Origin: a virus
Lineage: Duplodnaviria > Heunggongvirae > Uroviricota > Caudoviricetes
Virus record (IMG/VR): IMGVR_UViG_3300045988_103075
Coordinates: 1 to 17,516 of that record
Direction: 5' to 3' (one strand)
Length of the DNA stretch: 17,516 nt
Position numbers and translations under genes: made by a program. Below, one piece after another: positions 1-7,974 of this stretch; the first letter of the stretch is position 1, and every line of letters begins with the position of its first letter. A model generated the notes under the pieces. That model ran no database searches. It was not told the DNA's origin and worked only from the letters and a program-made list of their open reading frames with translations.

Positions 1-73
1 TGGATACGGTGGAAATGACGCGGGTGCCGTCGTTAATCTCCAGCACCTGCACGCCATGATGATAGTCACTCAT
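1..73 (-). CDS. FI: Tail sheath protein FI, N-terminal 24 codons only (gene continues beyond window start)
   Basis: Reverse complement of 1..73 translates MSDYHHGVQVLEINDGTRVISTVS, matching the N-terminus of P2 tail sheath FI as I recall it. ATG at 73..71 is preceded by GGAG. Not in the ORF track because it is truncated. Confidence 0.8.
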   Translation of the reverse strand, partial: MSDYHHGVQVLEINDGTRVISTVS

Positions 74-160
74 CCGTTTAACTCCGTGGTTAATGGGTGC
101 AACTATTTTCTGTTGTGCAGAGCATGAGACGCTATTTGACCTGGCTGGTCAGTGGATGAA

Positions 161-197
161 ACAACAGATAAAGAAAAGGCGGGCAATTCGCCCGCCT
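161..197 (-). terminator. Rho-independent terminator downstream of the 403..996 cargo gene
   Basis: Perfect inverted repeat GGCGGGC (178..184) / GCCCGCC (190..196) with 5-nt loop AATTC. On the minus strand it is followed by UUUCUUUAUCUG (complement of 161..176). Confidence 0.55.
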
Positions 198-402
198 GTC
201 CTGATTTGAACTCACTCATTTTCCGACTGACAATTTACATAGCCCAAAAGTTATCAAATCTGACGGTCTGCTTTGAACAAGAAGCGGACATTTGCCTGTC
301 AGGGTATATACCGCTCTGCGGTTATTATCCAGAATCAATAATTCATCTGAGTTGGATTACATATAAAACATAGTTACCCCATGAATAACCATTAGCAGAT
401 TA

Positions 403-996
403 TCAATTATGTAAATCTTTTGTTTTATGTTCTTTGGTGTGTTGTGACAACAAATGGCTATAGCGTTTAAGCAAAATATTAGAAAGATTAAGCTCATTCA
501 TGAAGTGTTCTTCTAATAAGTAACCATCAATATCAACTTTAATATCATTACCACTTTTCATCTTCTGTAACGTAGATTTTACACGCTCCAGCAGGATGCT
601 TTGCTCATGGTAATAGTCCATAAGAAGAGTAACATCCTCTTTATCAAGCTTACTTAATTCGCTGAAGTAGGATTTAAACACTTTATCAGTCTGGTTTAAT
701 GCAATCTGTAAGCGAGGCCCCCCTAATGATTTGACATTAATGGCAAAAGGCTCGCCAACAAAATGCTCCGAATTTTCGTCAAAGCCAATATATCTCGTTT
801 TATCAAGAAAAGTGAGAGCGCGATGGTTATTAGCGATTTCATATGCAAACATTGTTCTGATACTGTCCCTCTCAGCCTCCATAGTTATATCATCACGATG
901 ATTTGTATAAAATATATTTCCAACAAAGAGAACCATAGCAAGAATCACTGAACTTGCCTCCCAGTTAATATTTTTTAATCGTCGCTTAGTAAACAT
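403..996 (-). CDS. Hypothetical protein, 197 aa, AT-rich cargo gene with a predicted N-terminal membrane anchor, in the Z/fun slot between G and FI
   Basis: Intact ORF. AAGGTG lies 6 nt upstream of the ATG on the minus strand. Hydrophobic segment SSVILAMVLFVGNIFY follows a basic N-terminus (KRRLK). Sampled lines count about 30% GC against mid-to-upper 50s% in flanking phage genes. No family recognised. Confidence 0.75.
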   Translation of the reverse strand: MFTKRRLKNINWEASSVILAMVLFVGNIFYTNHRDDITMEAERDSIRTMFAYEIANNHRALTFLDKTRYIGFDENSEHFVGEPFAINVKSLGGPRLQIALNQTDKVFKSYFSELSKLDKEDVTLLMDYYHEQSILLERVKSTLQKMKSGNDIKVDIDGYLLEEHFMNELNLSNILLKRYSHLLSQHTKEHKTKDLHN

Positions 997-1217
997 ACCG
1001 CACCTTAATTATCAAAAATATTCCTTCAGTGTTATCTGGTTAGCCTAAACCAAGTCATTAAAGTCTGCAGGATATCATATACATAAAATGTATTGATTAG
1101 AATTTGCACTAATAAAATAATGCTTTACTAAAATCTACTCCAGACACAGAGCGGCCTGTCAGATTAGGCTTTACTCTGTGCCATAGATATGTTTGCTCAC
1201 TCCAGAGATCATACAAC

Positions 1218-1745
1218 TTATTGCGGCATTTCCGGCCATTCAGGATTTGCAGGATCCACACGACTGACCAGAACGCTGTAACGCTCCCATGCATCCAGTC
1301 GGCTACGCTCCTCATCTGTTGCCATGTTCAGTCTGACCGCGCGCTCCAGCGGCAAAATCACGGATTCAGCATCTGCAAGAAGTCTGGCTTTCCGGTTTTC
1401 TGCCTGCTGCAGCAATTCCTCTGCCGTATAAATGCGTTTAATCACTTTGCCGTCCTTAAACATCCAGTTCCCTGAAATGTCCGCCCGTCGGTTAGCAGTA
1501 ATATCCGCCACTTCAACAACACTTAATCCATCCGGTCTGATAGCTGTCACATCCTTTTCCACATAGCGGATGATATTATCTTTGTCGTACGCTATTTTTA
1601 GCGTGTCATCAGCAAAATACTTTTGTTCTTCGTACCAGTTCTTACCATCTTCTGAAAAAAACCAGACAACATCAAAGTCTTTTGTCAATTGATATTGTTC
1701 AACCGTTTTTGGATTACCCGCCGTAATATTTTTTAAATGCTGCAT
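1218..1745 (-). CDS. G: Tail fiber assembly chaperone (P2 gpG-like), 175 aa
   Basis: Protein [14 protein letters not shown]...[13 protein letters not shown] resembles P2 gpG as recalled, same length, sits immediately downstream of H. Confidence 0.9.
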   Translation of the reverse strand: MQHLKNITAGNPKTVEQYQLTKDFDVVWFFSEDGKNWYEEQKYFADDTLKIAYDKDNIIRYVEKDVTAIRPDGLSVVEVADITANRRADISGNWMFKDGKVIKRIYTAEELLQQAENRKARLLADAESVILPLERAVRLNMATDEERSRLDAWERYSVLVSRVDPANPEWPEMPQ

Positions 1746-1748
1746 AAA

Positions 1749-4508
1749 TTATACCTGCGCCACGTTATACCATGTCCCGTTAATGTATTTCTGAACCGGT
1801 CTGTAATATACACCACCAATGTTATCGGCAGAGTTTGAGCCGGTATCCTGAACAATAATGCCGGAATATACACACCCGGACGGTGCCTGATGTGTCCATG
1901 TCATGCCATTGTTCGCAGGTTTGTATGTGGCAGCACCACCAAGCCGGATATCCCGGACATAGCGGGAATCAAAGTTACCGTAATCCGAGGGATTAACACG
2001 CCCCGTAATATTTATGGTTTTATTACTTTGAATACTTCCCGAGACAAAGCGCATAACATGGACGCTATTAGCATAAACATCCAGATTACCATCACCATTT
2101 TGTTTAAAGCCCGTGTCATTATCACCCAAAACAATCGAATTACCGCCAAGAGCACTGGATGTTCCTATACCCAGAGCACCATTCAATTGACCACCAGATA
2201 ACGGCAGTGCACCGACATCTCCCGCTGTAGGTTTTCGCGTTGTGGTATAAAACTCAGACCAGTCAGCCTCGAATCCGTAACCGTCACGAGCAGAACGATA
2301 AAAAATACCGCCGTTCTTATAATTAACGCGGAACTGGGCGGCGGGACAACTTCCTTCACCGATATTAAAATGAAGAATTAACGTTGATGCCCCACCAGTA
2401 GTTGCGTTATAGGCTCCGCTACTCCAGTTCCACCCAACGGCTTTATCATTCGCAACGGTGTCTCCTGTTTTTCCTGAAGCAAATGCACCAATATTTTTCG
2501 GCGTCAGGTTAATATCTGATGTTCCATCAAACGAAACGTTATTAATTTTACGGGCTGTTTTCAGCTTTGTTGCTGTCGCCGCATTGCCGGACAGTTCACC
2601 AGAAAGGCCAGCACTGAATGTCTGTTTCGCGCCCCATGTCTGGGCTTCGTCAATGATTGGTACTCGTCTTGCTGTGATCGTGCGGCTTCCCGGATTTCCT
2701 GAAATACGCACCATAAAAAATCGGTAGTTCGCTTTACTTACAGTGCTGCGCCATACATGCATTGAGCGCCCCGTACCGGAATCATCACTCGGACCAACTG
2801 CGATGTTTATCAGGTTGCCATCAATGACGCCCCAGTCCATACCGTCGGGAATATTGGTCATATTATCCAGCCTAACGGTTATCAGACTGCCCGGCACAAA
2901 ATCGTAGGTCTGCCAGTCCAGGCTGGTGAGCTTTGCCACAGCACCGCCGATACCCAGATTCAGGGGAAGTGAATACGAGGTGTAGACTTCCCGCCATTCG
3001 CTCCATGAGCTGCCGGTAAAGACGCGCTCAAAGGTGCGGCCTTTAAGGGTTGTACCTGTTCCGGCAGTTGTATAACGCTGCCATACATTAACACCATCAA
3101 ACCGCCTCAACACTTCCAGAATGCCGAGTACAGTCACGCCGTTTCCGTCCAGTACTGGACCGTTGGTCGCTTTACCTGTAACGCTGTAAATACCTGGTGA
3201 GGTTACATCATTCAAATCACCTTCGTAATAACGACTCTCTGACTGATGACCGACTCTTAACCACGGTTCCCACTGCGGATTTGATGCATCCCAGCTTGCC
3301 GCAAGGCAGCGGACATACATATTTCCACGGCGAGTGGTATAACGTTGCGTTCTTCCATAATTTCCGCCTTCGAGGATCTCAAGCATCCCCTGAGCAAAGC
3401 CGCCTTCCTCTGGATAATTGCGTTCATATGAAGCTATAGCCGAGCTACTGTTACGCCATAAACCAAGATGTTCGGCGGCTCCAAGCGTATTCAGGTCTAT
3501 AGTCGTACTCAAAGGGCGGGTAGCTGATTGAGTGTGACGCCATATGCCCCACGGACCATCAGAGCCATTCCACTTATTGGCGAGTCTGCGTATGTATACA
3601 TTGCCGTCTCTCGTGGTGAAGCGTTGCGTACCTGCAAAATTGCCGGCAGCAAAAACCTCAAGCACACCGACAGCATTATCTTCCGGGAAATTTTTCTCCA
3701 GTGTTGCGTTAGTTGAGGTAGTTTTAGACCAGATTCCCAGATAAGCCTTAACGGGACCAAATGTATTCAGATCAGCATCAAGCGGCATTTCGCCATTGTT
3801 TTTCATAAACGTCAGGCTGGTAACGCCAACATTGTCCAGAAAAGCGTCCTTATCTGGAATATCGCCACCGTTCTGGTCTTTCTGCAGACGTTTCTCAGCA
3901 TTGTCATAGGCTGCTTTTACTGCCTTTGGCGTTGCAGCCTGCTTTTCACTGGTGCTGTTTGTTGCACTGCTTAACTGAGTAAAACCTTTTTCTGTCAGCG
4001 TGGCGTCAGGATGGCGGCGGGACTGCTCATGCTCTGCGATTTTGTCATCGACGTAATCCTGCGTCGCCATCACTGTGCTGGCATCAATACTCAGCTCAAC
4101 GGACGCCACGTTGCTGAGAATAATAACCATGCGGCAGGTCTGCGCACGTCCGGAGCCTTCAGCCAGTTCTGGCTTATAGCTTTCTGCCATGTTGGATACC
4201 GCAATCAGTGTTCCGGCATCGTCATACAGACCAAGCTCACGCATCCAGAAGCCGCCCACTTCTGGCGGAACAACCAGTTCAGCCACGATATAGTTTTTAT
4301 TCTTGTTATCCACACTGACTTTATTCAGTGCATGACGCCAGACTTCATGCACCAGTTTCGTCTGACCGGCATCCGGCACCGGCAATTGGCCATTACCGTC
4401 ACCCACAGCCATTGCAGACAGGTTTACTTTTTTCCCGCCGGGAACAGTGGCGGCTGCCAGCTTCGCGGCTCCGGCAGTAGTGATAACGGTTTTAAATTTC
4501 GTGCTCAT
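1749..4508 (-). CDS. H: Tail fiber protein (P2 gpH-like), 919 aa, conserved N-terminus with a long divergent repeat-containing C-terminal region
   Basis: N-terminus MSTKFKTVITTAGAAKLAAA... matches the P2 gpH N-terminal baseplate-attachment region as recalled. The gene is followed by G. Confidence 0.9.
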   Translation of the reverse strand: MSTKFKTVITTAGAAKLAAATVPGGKKVNLSAMAVGDGNGQLPVPDAGQTKLVHEVWRHALNKVSVDNKNKNYIVAELVVPPEVGGFWMRELGLYDDAGTLIAVSNMAESYKPELAEGSGRAQTCRMVIILSNVASVELSIDASTVMATQDYVDDKIAEHEQSRRHPDATLTEKGFTQLSSATNSTSEKQAATPKAVKAAYDNAEKRLQKDQNGGDIPDKDAFLDNVGVTSLTFMKNNGEMPLDADLNTFGPVKAYLGIWSKTTSTNATLEKNFPEDNAVGVLEVFAAGNFAGTQRFTTRDGNVYIRRLANKWNGSDGPWGIWRHTQSATRPLSTTIDLNTLGAAEHLGLWRNSSSAIASYERNYPEEGGFAQGMLEILEGGNYGRTQRYTTRRGNMYVRCLAASWDASNPQWEPWLRVGHQSESRYYEGDLNDVTSPGIYSVTGKATNGPVLDGNGVTVLGILEVLRRFDGVNVWQRYTTAGTGTTLKGRTFERVFTGSSWSEWREVYTSYSLPLNLGIGGAVAKLTSLDWQTYDFVPGSLITVRLDNMTNIPDGMDWGVIDGNLINIAVGPSDDSGTGRSMHVWRSTVSKANYRFFMVRISGNPGSRTITARRVPIIDEAQTWGAKQTFSAGLSGELSGNAATATKLKTARKINNVSFDGTSDINLTPKNIGAFASGKTGDTVANDKAVGWNWSSGAYNATTGGASTLILHFNIGEGSCPAAQFRVNYKNGGIFYRSARDGYGFEADWSEFYTTTRKPTAGDVGALPLSGGQLNGALGIGTSSALGGNSIVLGDNDTGFKQNGDGNLDVYANSVHVMRFVSGSIQSNKTINITGRVNPSDYGNFDSRYVRDIRLGGAATYKPANNGMTWTHQAPSGCVYSGIIVQDTGSNSADNIGGVYYRPVQKYINGTWYNVAQV

Positions 4509-4518
4509 TGTTTCTCAC

Positions 4519-5049
4519 TTATCCGGGATAAACAGTAATAACATCACCATCACAGACCACACCGCCTGTATACAGACAGCCGGGAATGTCCTGGATAATG
4601 TTCAGACCGATAAGGTGGCGACTTGCGGGTTTGGCATCGGCAATAAGCCGTTCCATTTCCAGATACATCTCCTCCGTGATGCCGCTTTCCAGTACGCCGA
4701 TATCAAGGCGGAAGGTTCCGGGCGGGTCGTTTGTCTCCCACCATTCCTTTACGTTAATGAGATAGCCGAGCGGCTCCACCACACGCCGGATTGCGCCGAC
4801 AGTGCCTTTATGACAGTGGATGAAATAGGCATCGCGGATAACGGCGCGTTTTGTCGCTTCCGGCCACTTTTCATCCCACCTGTCGACCGAAAATGACCAC
4901 GCCAGCCACGGCAGCAGATTTGCCGGGCAGGTGTCCGGGTTCCACAGCTCACGAATACTGACCGGCGTTTTTTCAATTTCCGCACAGGCTTTTGCGGCGG
5001 CAACTTCAAGCGGCGATGAGCCGGTTGGCAGCAGGCGCGAATCACTCAT
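4519..5049 (-). CDS. I: Baseplate protein (P2 gpI-like), 176 aa
   Basis: Protein MSDSRLLPTGSSPLEVAAAKA... resembles P2 gpI as recalled. Position between J and H, overlapping J by 8 nt. Confidence 0.9.
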   Translation of the reverse strand: MSDSRLLPTGSSPLEVAAAKACAEIEKTPVSIRELWNPDTCPANLLPWLAWSFSVDRWDEKWPEATKRAVIRDAYFIHCHKGTVGAIRRVVEPLGYLINVKEWWETNDPPGTFRLDIGVLESGITEEMYLEMERLIADAKPASRHLIGLNIIQDIPGCLYTGGVVCDGDVITVYPG

Positions 5050-5950
5050 CCGAGCCTCCGGTCACGACGCGGTATTCGGTGCAGAAAGACGCCTGCGTAT
5101 TGTTAAGCACGATGTCGGCCAGCGGTGCAGCCAGTTCGACACGCTGCACGCCTTCCACATGCAAAGCGGCATAAATGGCAGACAGACGGATGTCGCGCCC
5201 CAGCCGGTGCTGTGCCGTGATGTACGCTTCCAGTTTTTTCACGGCAGCAGCGCGGATGGGTTCGCTTTCTGGACCAGGGTAAAGATACAGCGTGGCGTTT
5301 ATCTGGTATTCAACAATGGCGGCAGACTGCACGGTCACACGGTCAGCCACCGGCCTGACGTCCTCGCCATTAAGGGCGTTACGCACCACAGCCAGCAGGT
5401 CTTCGGATGCCACACCGTTATTTTCACGTGACAGCACGGAGATGGTGACGCAGGCCGGAGACGGACTGGTAACAGAGATATCCGCGACACGCCCGTCAGC
5501 ACTGCGACCATGATACTGATAGGCCCCCACCGACCCGGCGACGCTTAAACCTTCAAACGCCTGCTGAATACGCAGACGATAATCCGTGTCAGATTCCATC
5601 ACTGCCGGTGTCGGCGGGAGGGTCGAATCATCTGCCGGGGTGATAATCAGGCGCGTGGTGTTGTAATTGGCACCAATCACATCAAGGTCATTACCGGCGG
5701 CACAGGCCAGCATCACCGCCCGTGCAGCCTCATTCACACGCTGACGCCAGATAAGCTCACGATAAGCATTTTCCTCCAGCAGTTTGACGAGAGGCTCGGA
5801 TTCCAGCGTCAGGGTACGGGCGACCGCCTCCTGCTGGTCTTCCGGGTAAAGGGAAATCAGTGTCGCCTTGCGTTCAGCGAGAATGGTTTCAAAGTCCAGC
5901 TCCTCGACCACATCCGGTGCGGGTAGCTGGTTCAGGTCGATAATCGGCAT
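5042..5950 (-). CDS. J: Baseplate assembly protein (P2 gpJ-like), 302 aa
   Basis: Protein MPIIDLNQLPAPDVVEELDFE... resembles P2 gpJ as recalled. Correct length and order W-J-I. Confidence 0.9.
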   Translation of the reverse strand: MPIIDLNQLPAPDVVEELDFETILAERKATLISLYPEDQQEAVARTLTLESEPLVKLLEENAYRELIWRQRVNEAARAVMLACAAGNDLDVIGANYNTTRLIITPADDSTLPPTPAVMESDTDYRLRIQQAFEGLSVAGSVGAYQYHGRSADGRVADISVTSPSPACVTISVLSRENNGVASEDLLAVVRNALNGEDVRPVADRVTVQSAAIVEYQINATLYLYPGPESEPIRAAAVKKLEAYITAQHRLGRDIRLSAIYAALHVEGVQRVELAAPLADIVLNNTQASFCTEYRVVTGGSDE

Positions 5951-5954
5951 GGTT

Positions 5955-6302
5955 TCAACTCACAGGGATGGTTAACGAAAGTGGCTGGCCGGTGTCGTTG
6001 TGCTGGCCGGTTAACGTGACCGTCATTCGCCCGTCAAAACTGCGCGCCGTGGTGACGGATGACAGGGTGACGCGGGGTTCCCATTTCAGCACCGCCATGT
6101 AACTGGCGACCTTAATCTGCAACTCAAGCGCCGGGGTCTGCGGCTGGTCAATCATTGACGCCAGCAACGAGCCGTAATCACGACGCATCACCCGTGAGCC
6201 GACCGGTGTGCGCAGGATATCGCCGATACTCTGGCTGATATGCTCAAGGTCAGTGACAGTCAGGCCATCACTGCGATTCATTCCGAGATAACGCGCAGTC
6301 AT
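5955..6302 (-). CDS. W: Baseplate assembly protein (P2 gpW-like), 115 aa
   Basis: Protein MTARYLGMNRSDGLTVTDLEHI... resembles P2 gpW as recalled. Its start overlaps the V stop as ATGA. Confidence 0.9.
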   Translation of the reverse strand: MTARYLGMNRSDGLTVTDLEHISQSIGDILRTPVGSRVMRRDYGSLLASMIDQPQTPALELQIKVASYMAVLKWEPRVTLSSVTTARSFDGRMTVTLTGQHNDTGQPLSLTIPVS

Positions 6303-6934
6303 AGAGGTCCCCCTGTTGTGCCGCCGCTGTCGCCGGGGTGTTTATGGGTATGCAGTACCTTACCGTTTGATGAGAGTTCACCGCCGGTATGCGCGATGTT
6401 GCCGCGCATCGTCCCGCCCTTCTGCACTTCCAGCGTGCCGGTAGTCAGTTTGTTGGTGCAGACCACTTCCGGTGTGTCCAGGGTGACGCGGGTTGATGCT
6501 TTCACCGTGACCACCGGCACCGTGGCAGTAACAGAATCAGAAGCCATCACGCTGGCCGTTTTAATTCCGCTTGCCGTGAGTGCACTGGTTTCGGGTTCAT
6601 ACTCAATCACCGCCCCGTCAGGGAAACGGATATGCAGGGCATCCTCCGACGCAGACGGCGCGGGGTTATCACCGGAATAAATCCCCGGCAGAACGAACGC
6701 CGTGTCGAGTTCACCGCCCACGGCCAGAATCAGCACCTGCTCCCCCACGGAAGGTGCCCACCATGTGCGCGAACGTCCGGCGCGATGGGTCAGCCACTGA
6801 AGCCAGTCGGTACACATGCCGCCGGTCTGCACACGGCAGCGACCGGCGTTAAGGTCGGTTTCGACGATAATGCCGGTGCGAATCATGTTGCGCAGTACGC
6901 GCGCGAGTTCCTGAATACTTGATAATGTGCTCAT
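6299..6934 (-). CDS. V: Baseplate spike / assembly protein (P2 gpV-like), 211 aa
   Basis: Track ORF 6299..7003 trimmed to the ATG at 6934..6932, giving MSTLSSIQELARVLRNMIRTG..., which matches the P2 gpV N-terminus and length as recalled. No strong SD seen upstream. Confidence 0.85.
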   Translation of the reverse strand: MSTLSSIQELARVLRNMIRTGIIVETDLNAGRCRVQTGGMCTDWLQWLTHRAGRSRTWWAPSVGEQVLILAVGGELDTAFVLPGIYSGDNPAPSASEDALHIRFPDGAVIEYEPETSALTASGIKTASVMASDSVTATVPVVTVKASTRVTLDTPEVVCTNKLTTGTLEVQKGGTMRGNIAHTGGELSSNGKVLHTHKHPGDSGGTTGGPL

Positions 6935-6980
6935 ATGACAATAATGGGGAACATATGCTCGAAAAACTATTGCAACCCGT

Positions 6981-6998
6981 TGTATCATTTTCGGCACA
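6981..6998. promoter_or_regulatory. Perfect TGT-N12-ACA dyad, candidate Ogr/Delta-type late-activator site in the V upstream region
   Basis: TGT (6981..6983), 12 nt, ACA (6996..6998). This is the dyad described for P2/P4 late promoters centred near -55. Geometry is imperfect: the centre is only about 55 nt from the V start codon. Confidence 0.35.
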
Positions 6999-7017
6999 AC
7001 CAAGAAGGAGCCGAAGC

Positions 7018-7761
7018 ATGGATAAATATCAAATCTGGGAAAAACAAAAAGACACCATCGCCCATAAAGAATATTTAAAAATTTCCGACACCAATTTACT
7101 TGGACATATACACATTGCCAATTATGAGGTGATTCAAAGTGAATTAAGCAAATTCAACTCTCCTGAAATTGTATTCCACTACTCACTTAATAGAAATGAA
7201 TTAAAAAAACAGCACATAAATATATCAAGACATTTTCTCAACTATATCTCCTCAGCATTATCATTTAGAGATTCAACGCGTAATCTACATAAAATCAATG
7301 TATTAAATATTGATGATATTACCAATAAATCCAGAGAAATCATCAATGAAGAATTTTTAAAAAATCCAATCATAAAATTAATGGAAGATTTAAGAAACAT
7401 CCTAACCCATCAAAAAATGATCTCCCCATTAATATCATCATTTATGCACCTCCAGAAAAAAATAAACATACACGGATTTGCATTTAAGATTGAAACCATA
7501 CTGGAGAATGACCGGCTTTCTGGTAAATCAAAAGAATACCTGAAGTCAACAGAACAAAAAAATTTATTCATCTTGCCGATAATAGAGGAATACCAATACA
7601 CAACTCTTAAATACCAGCACTGGCTTTTAGCTTGTATCTACAATGCTCATCAAAACACATATCCAGAATATTGGGAAGCAAGAAAAAACATAATGGACGT
7701 CTGGGGTGGAGATATCCAACTAATACCTGAAGAGAGTACCCTCACTTATTTGACCAGATAA
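7018..7761 (+). CDS. Hypothetical protein, 247 aa, AT-rich cargo gene between V and S on the opposite strand, with a HEPN-like R-N-x3-H motif
   Basis: ATG at 7018 is preceded by AAGGAG (7005..7010) with a 7-nt spacer. A sampled line counts about 27% GC. Motif RNILTH at codons 126..131 (7393..7410). Stop TAA at 7759..7761. No family recognised. Confidence 0.75.
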   Translation: MDKYQIWEKQKDTIAHKEYLKISDTNLLGHIHIANYEVIQSELSKFNSPEIVFHYSLNRNELKKQHINISRHFLNYISSALSFRDSTRNLHKINVLNIDDITNKSREIINEEFLKNPIIKLMEDLRNILTHQKMISPLISSFMHLQKKINIHGFAFKIETILENDRLSGKSKEYLKSTEQKNLFILPIIEEYQYTTLKYQHWLLACIYNAHQNTYPEYWEARKNIMDVWGGDIQLIPEESTLTYLTR

Positions 7762-7794
7762 CAATCTAATTAGCTCACAAACATAAGACACCTT

Positions 7795-7826
7795 GGCCAC
7801 GATATTTTATCGTGGCCTTATATGAT
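7795..7826 (+). terminator. Putative intrinsic terminator after the 7018..7761 cargo gene
   Basis: 9-bp inverted repeat GGCCACGAT (7795..7803) / ATCGTGGCC (7809..7817) with 5-nt loop, followed by TTATATGAT. The U-tract is weak. Confidence 0.4.
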
Positions 7827-7974
7827 AAAGCGACTACCTTCGATGAGTCCTTATAACTCTCATCCACTGCACATTTTCAAGTTACAATTAAAGTTCATTT
7901 AGTTGAAATATAAAAAGGATGCCGCAAGAGGATAATGGCGATATTTCATCAATAAGGCGCAAGAAATGGCACAA

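Noticed and set aside
152-373. Plus-strand ORF of 73 aa between FI and the cargo gene
   Set aside because: It runs straight through the terminator hairpin at 177..197, has no ribosome-binding site, and lies in what must be the cargo-gene 3' region and FI promoter. Most likely a chance ORF in AT-rich spacer.
1109-1315. Minus-strand ORF of 68 aa overlapping the 3' end of G and the G/cargo intergenic region
   Set aside because: It overlaps G in another frame, has no start context, and is probably spurious. The imperfect hairpin at 1145..1180 in the same area has a 22-nt loop and no clear U-tract, so I did not call it a terminator.
4011-5431. Several long plus-strand ORFs (4011..4538, 4447..4896, 4931..5431) antisense to H, I and J
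   Set aside because: They are embedded in well-supported minus-strand genes whose products match P2 structural proteins. Antisense open frames are common in GC-rich coding DNA and none has a credible start context.
6935-7003. Upstream in-frame extension of the V ORF (MVVPKMIQRVAIVFRAYVPHYCH...); similar extensions at X (10831..10899), L (11340..11399), O (14173..14238), P (14316..14345) and lysC (9141..9257)
   Set aside because: Internal ATGs give proteins whose N-termini and lengths match the P2 homologs as recalled, and several of those starts form stop/start overlaps with the upstream gene. The extensions add atypical residues.
6919-7017. Upstream start (ATG at 6919) for the V-S cargo gene, giving a 280-aa protein
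   Set aside because: It would overlap the V start codon on the opposite strand and has no ribosome-binding site. The ATG at 7018 has a canonical AAGGAG 7 nt upstream. The longer form cannot be fully excluded.
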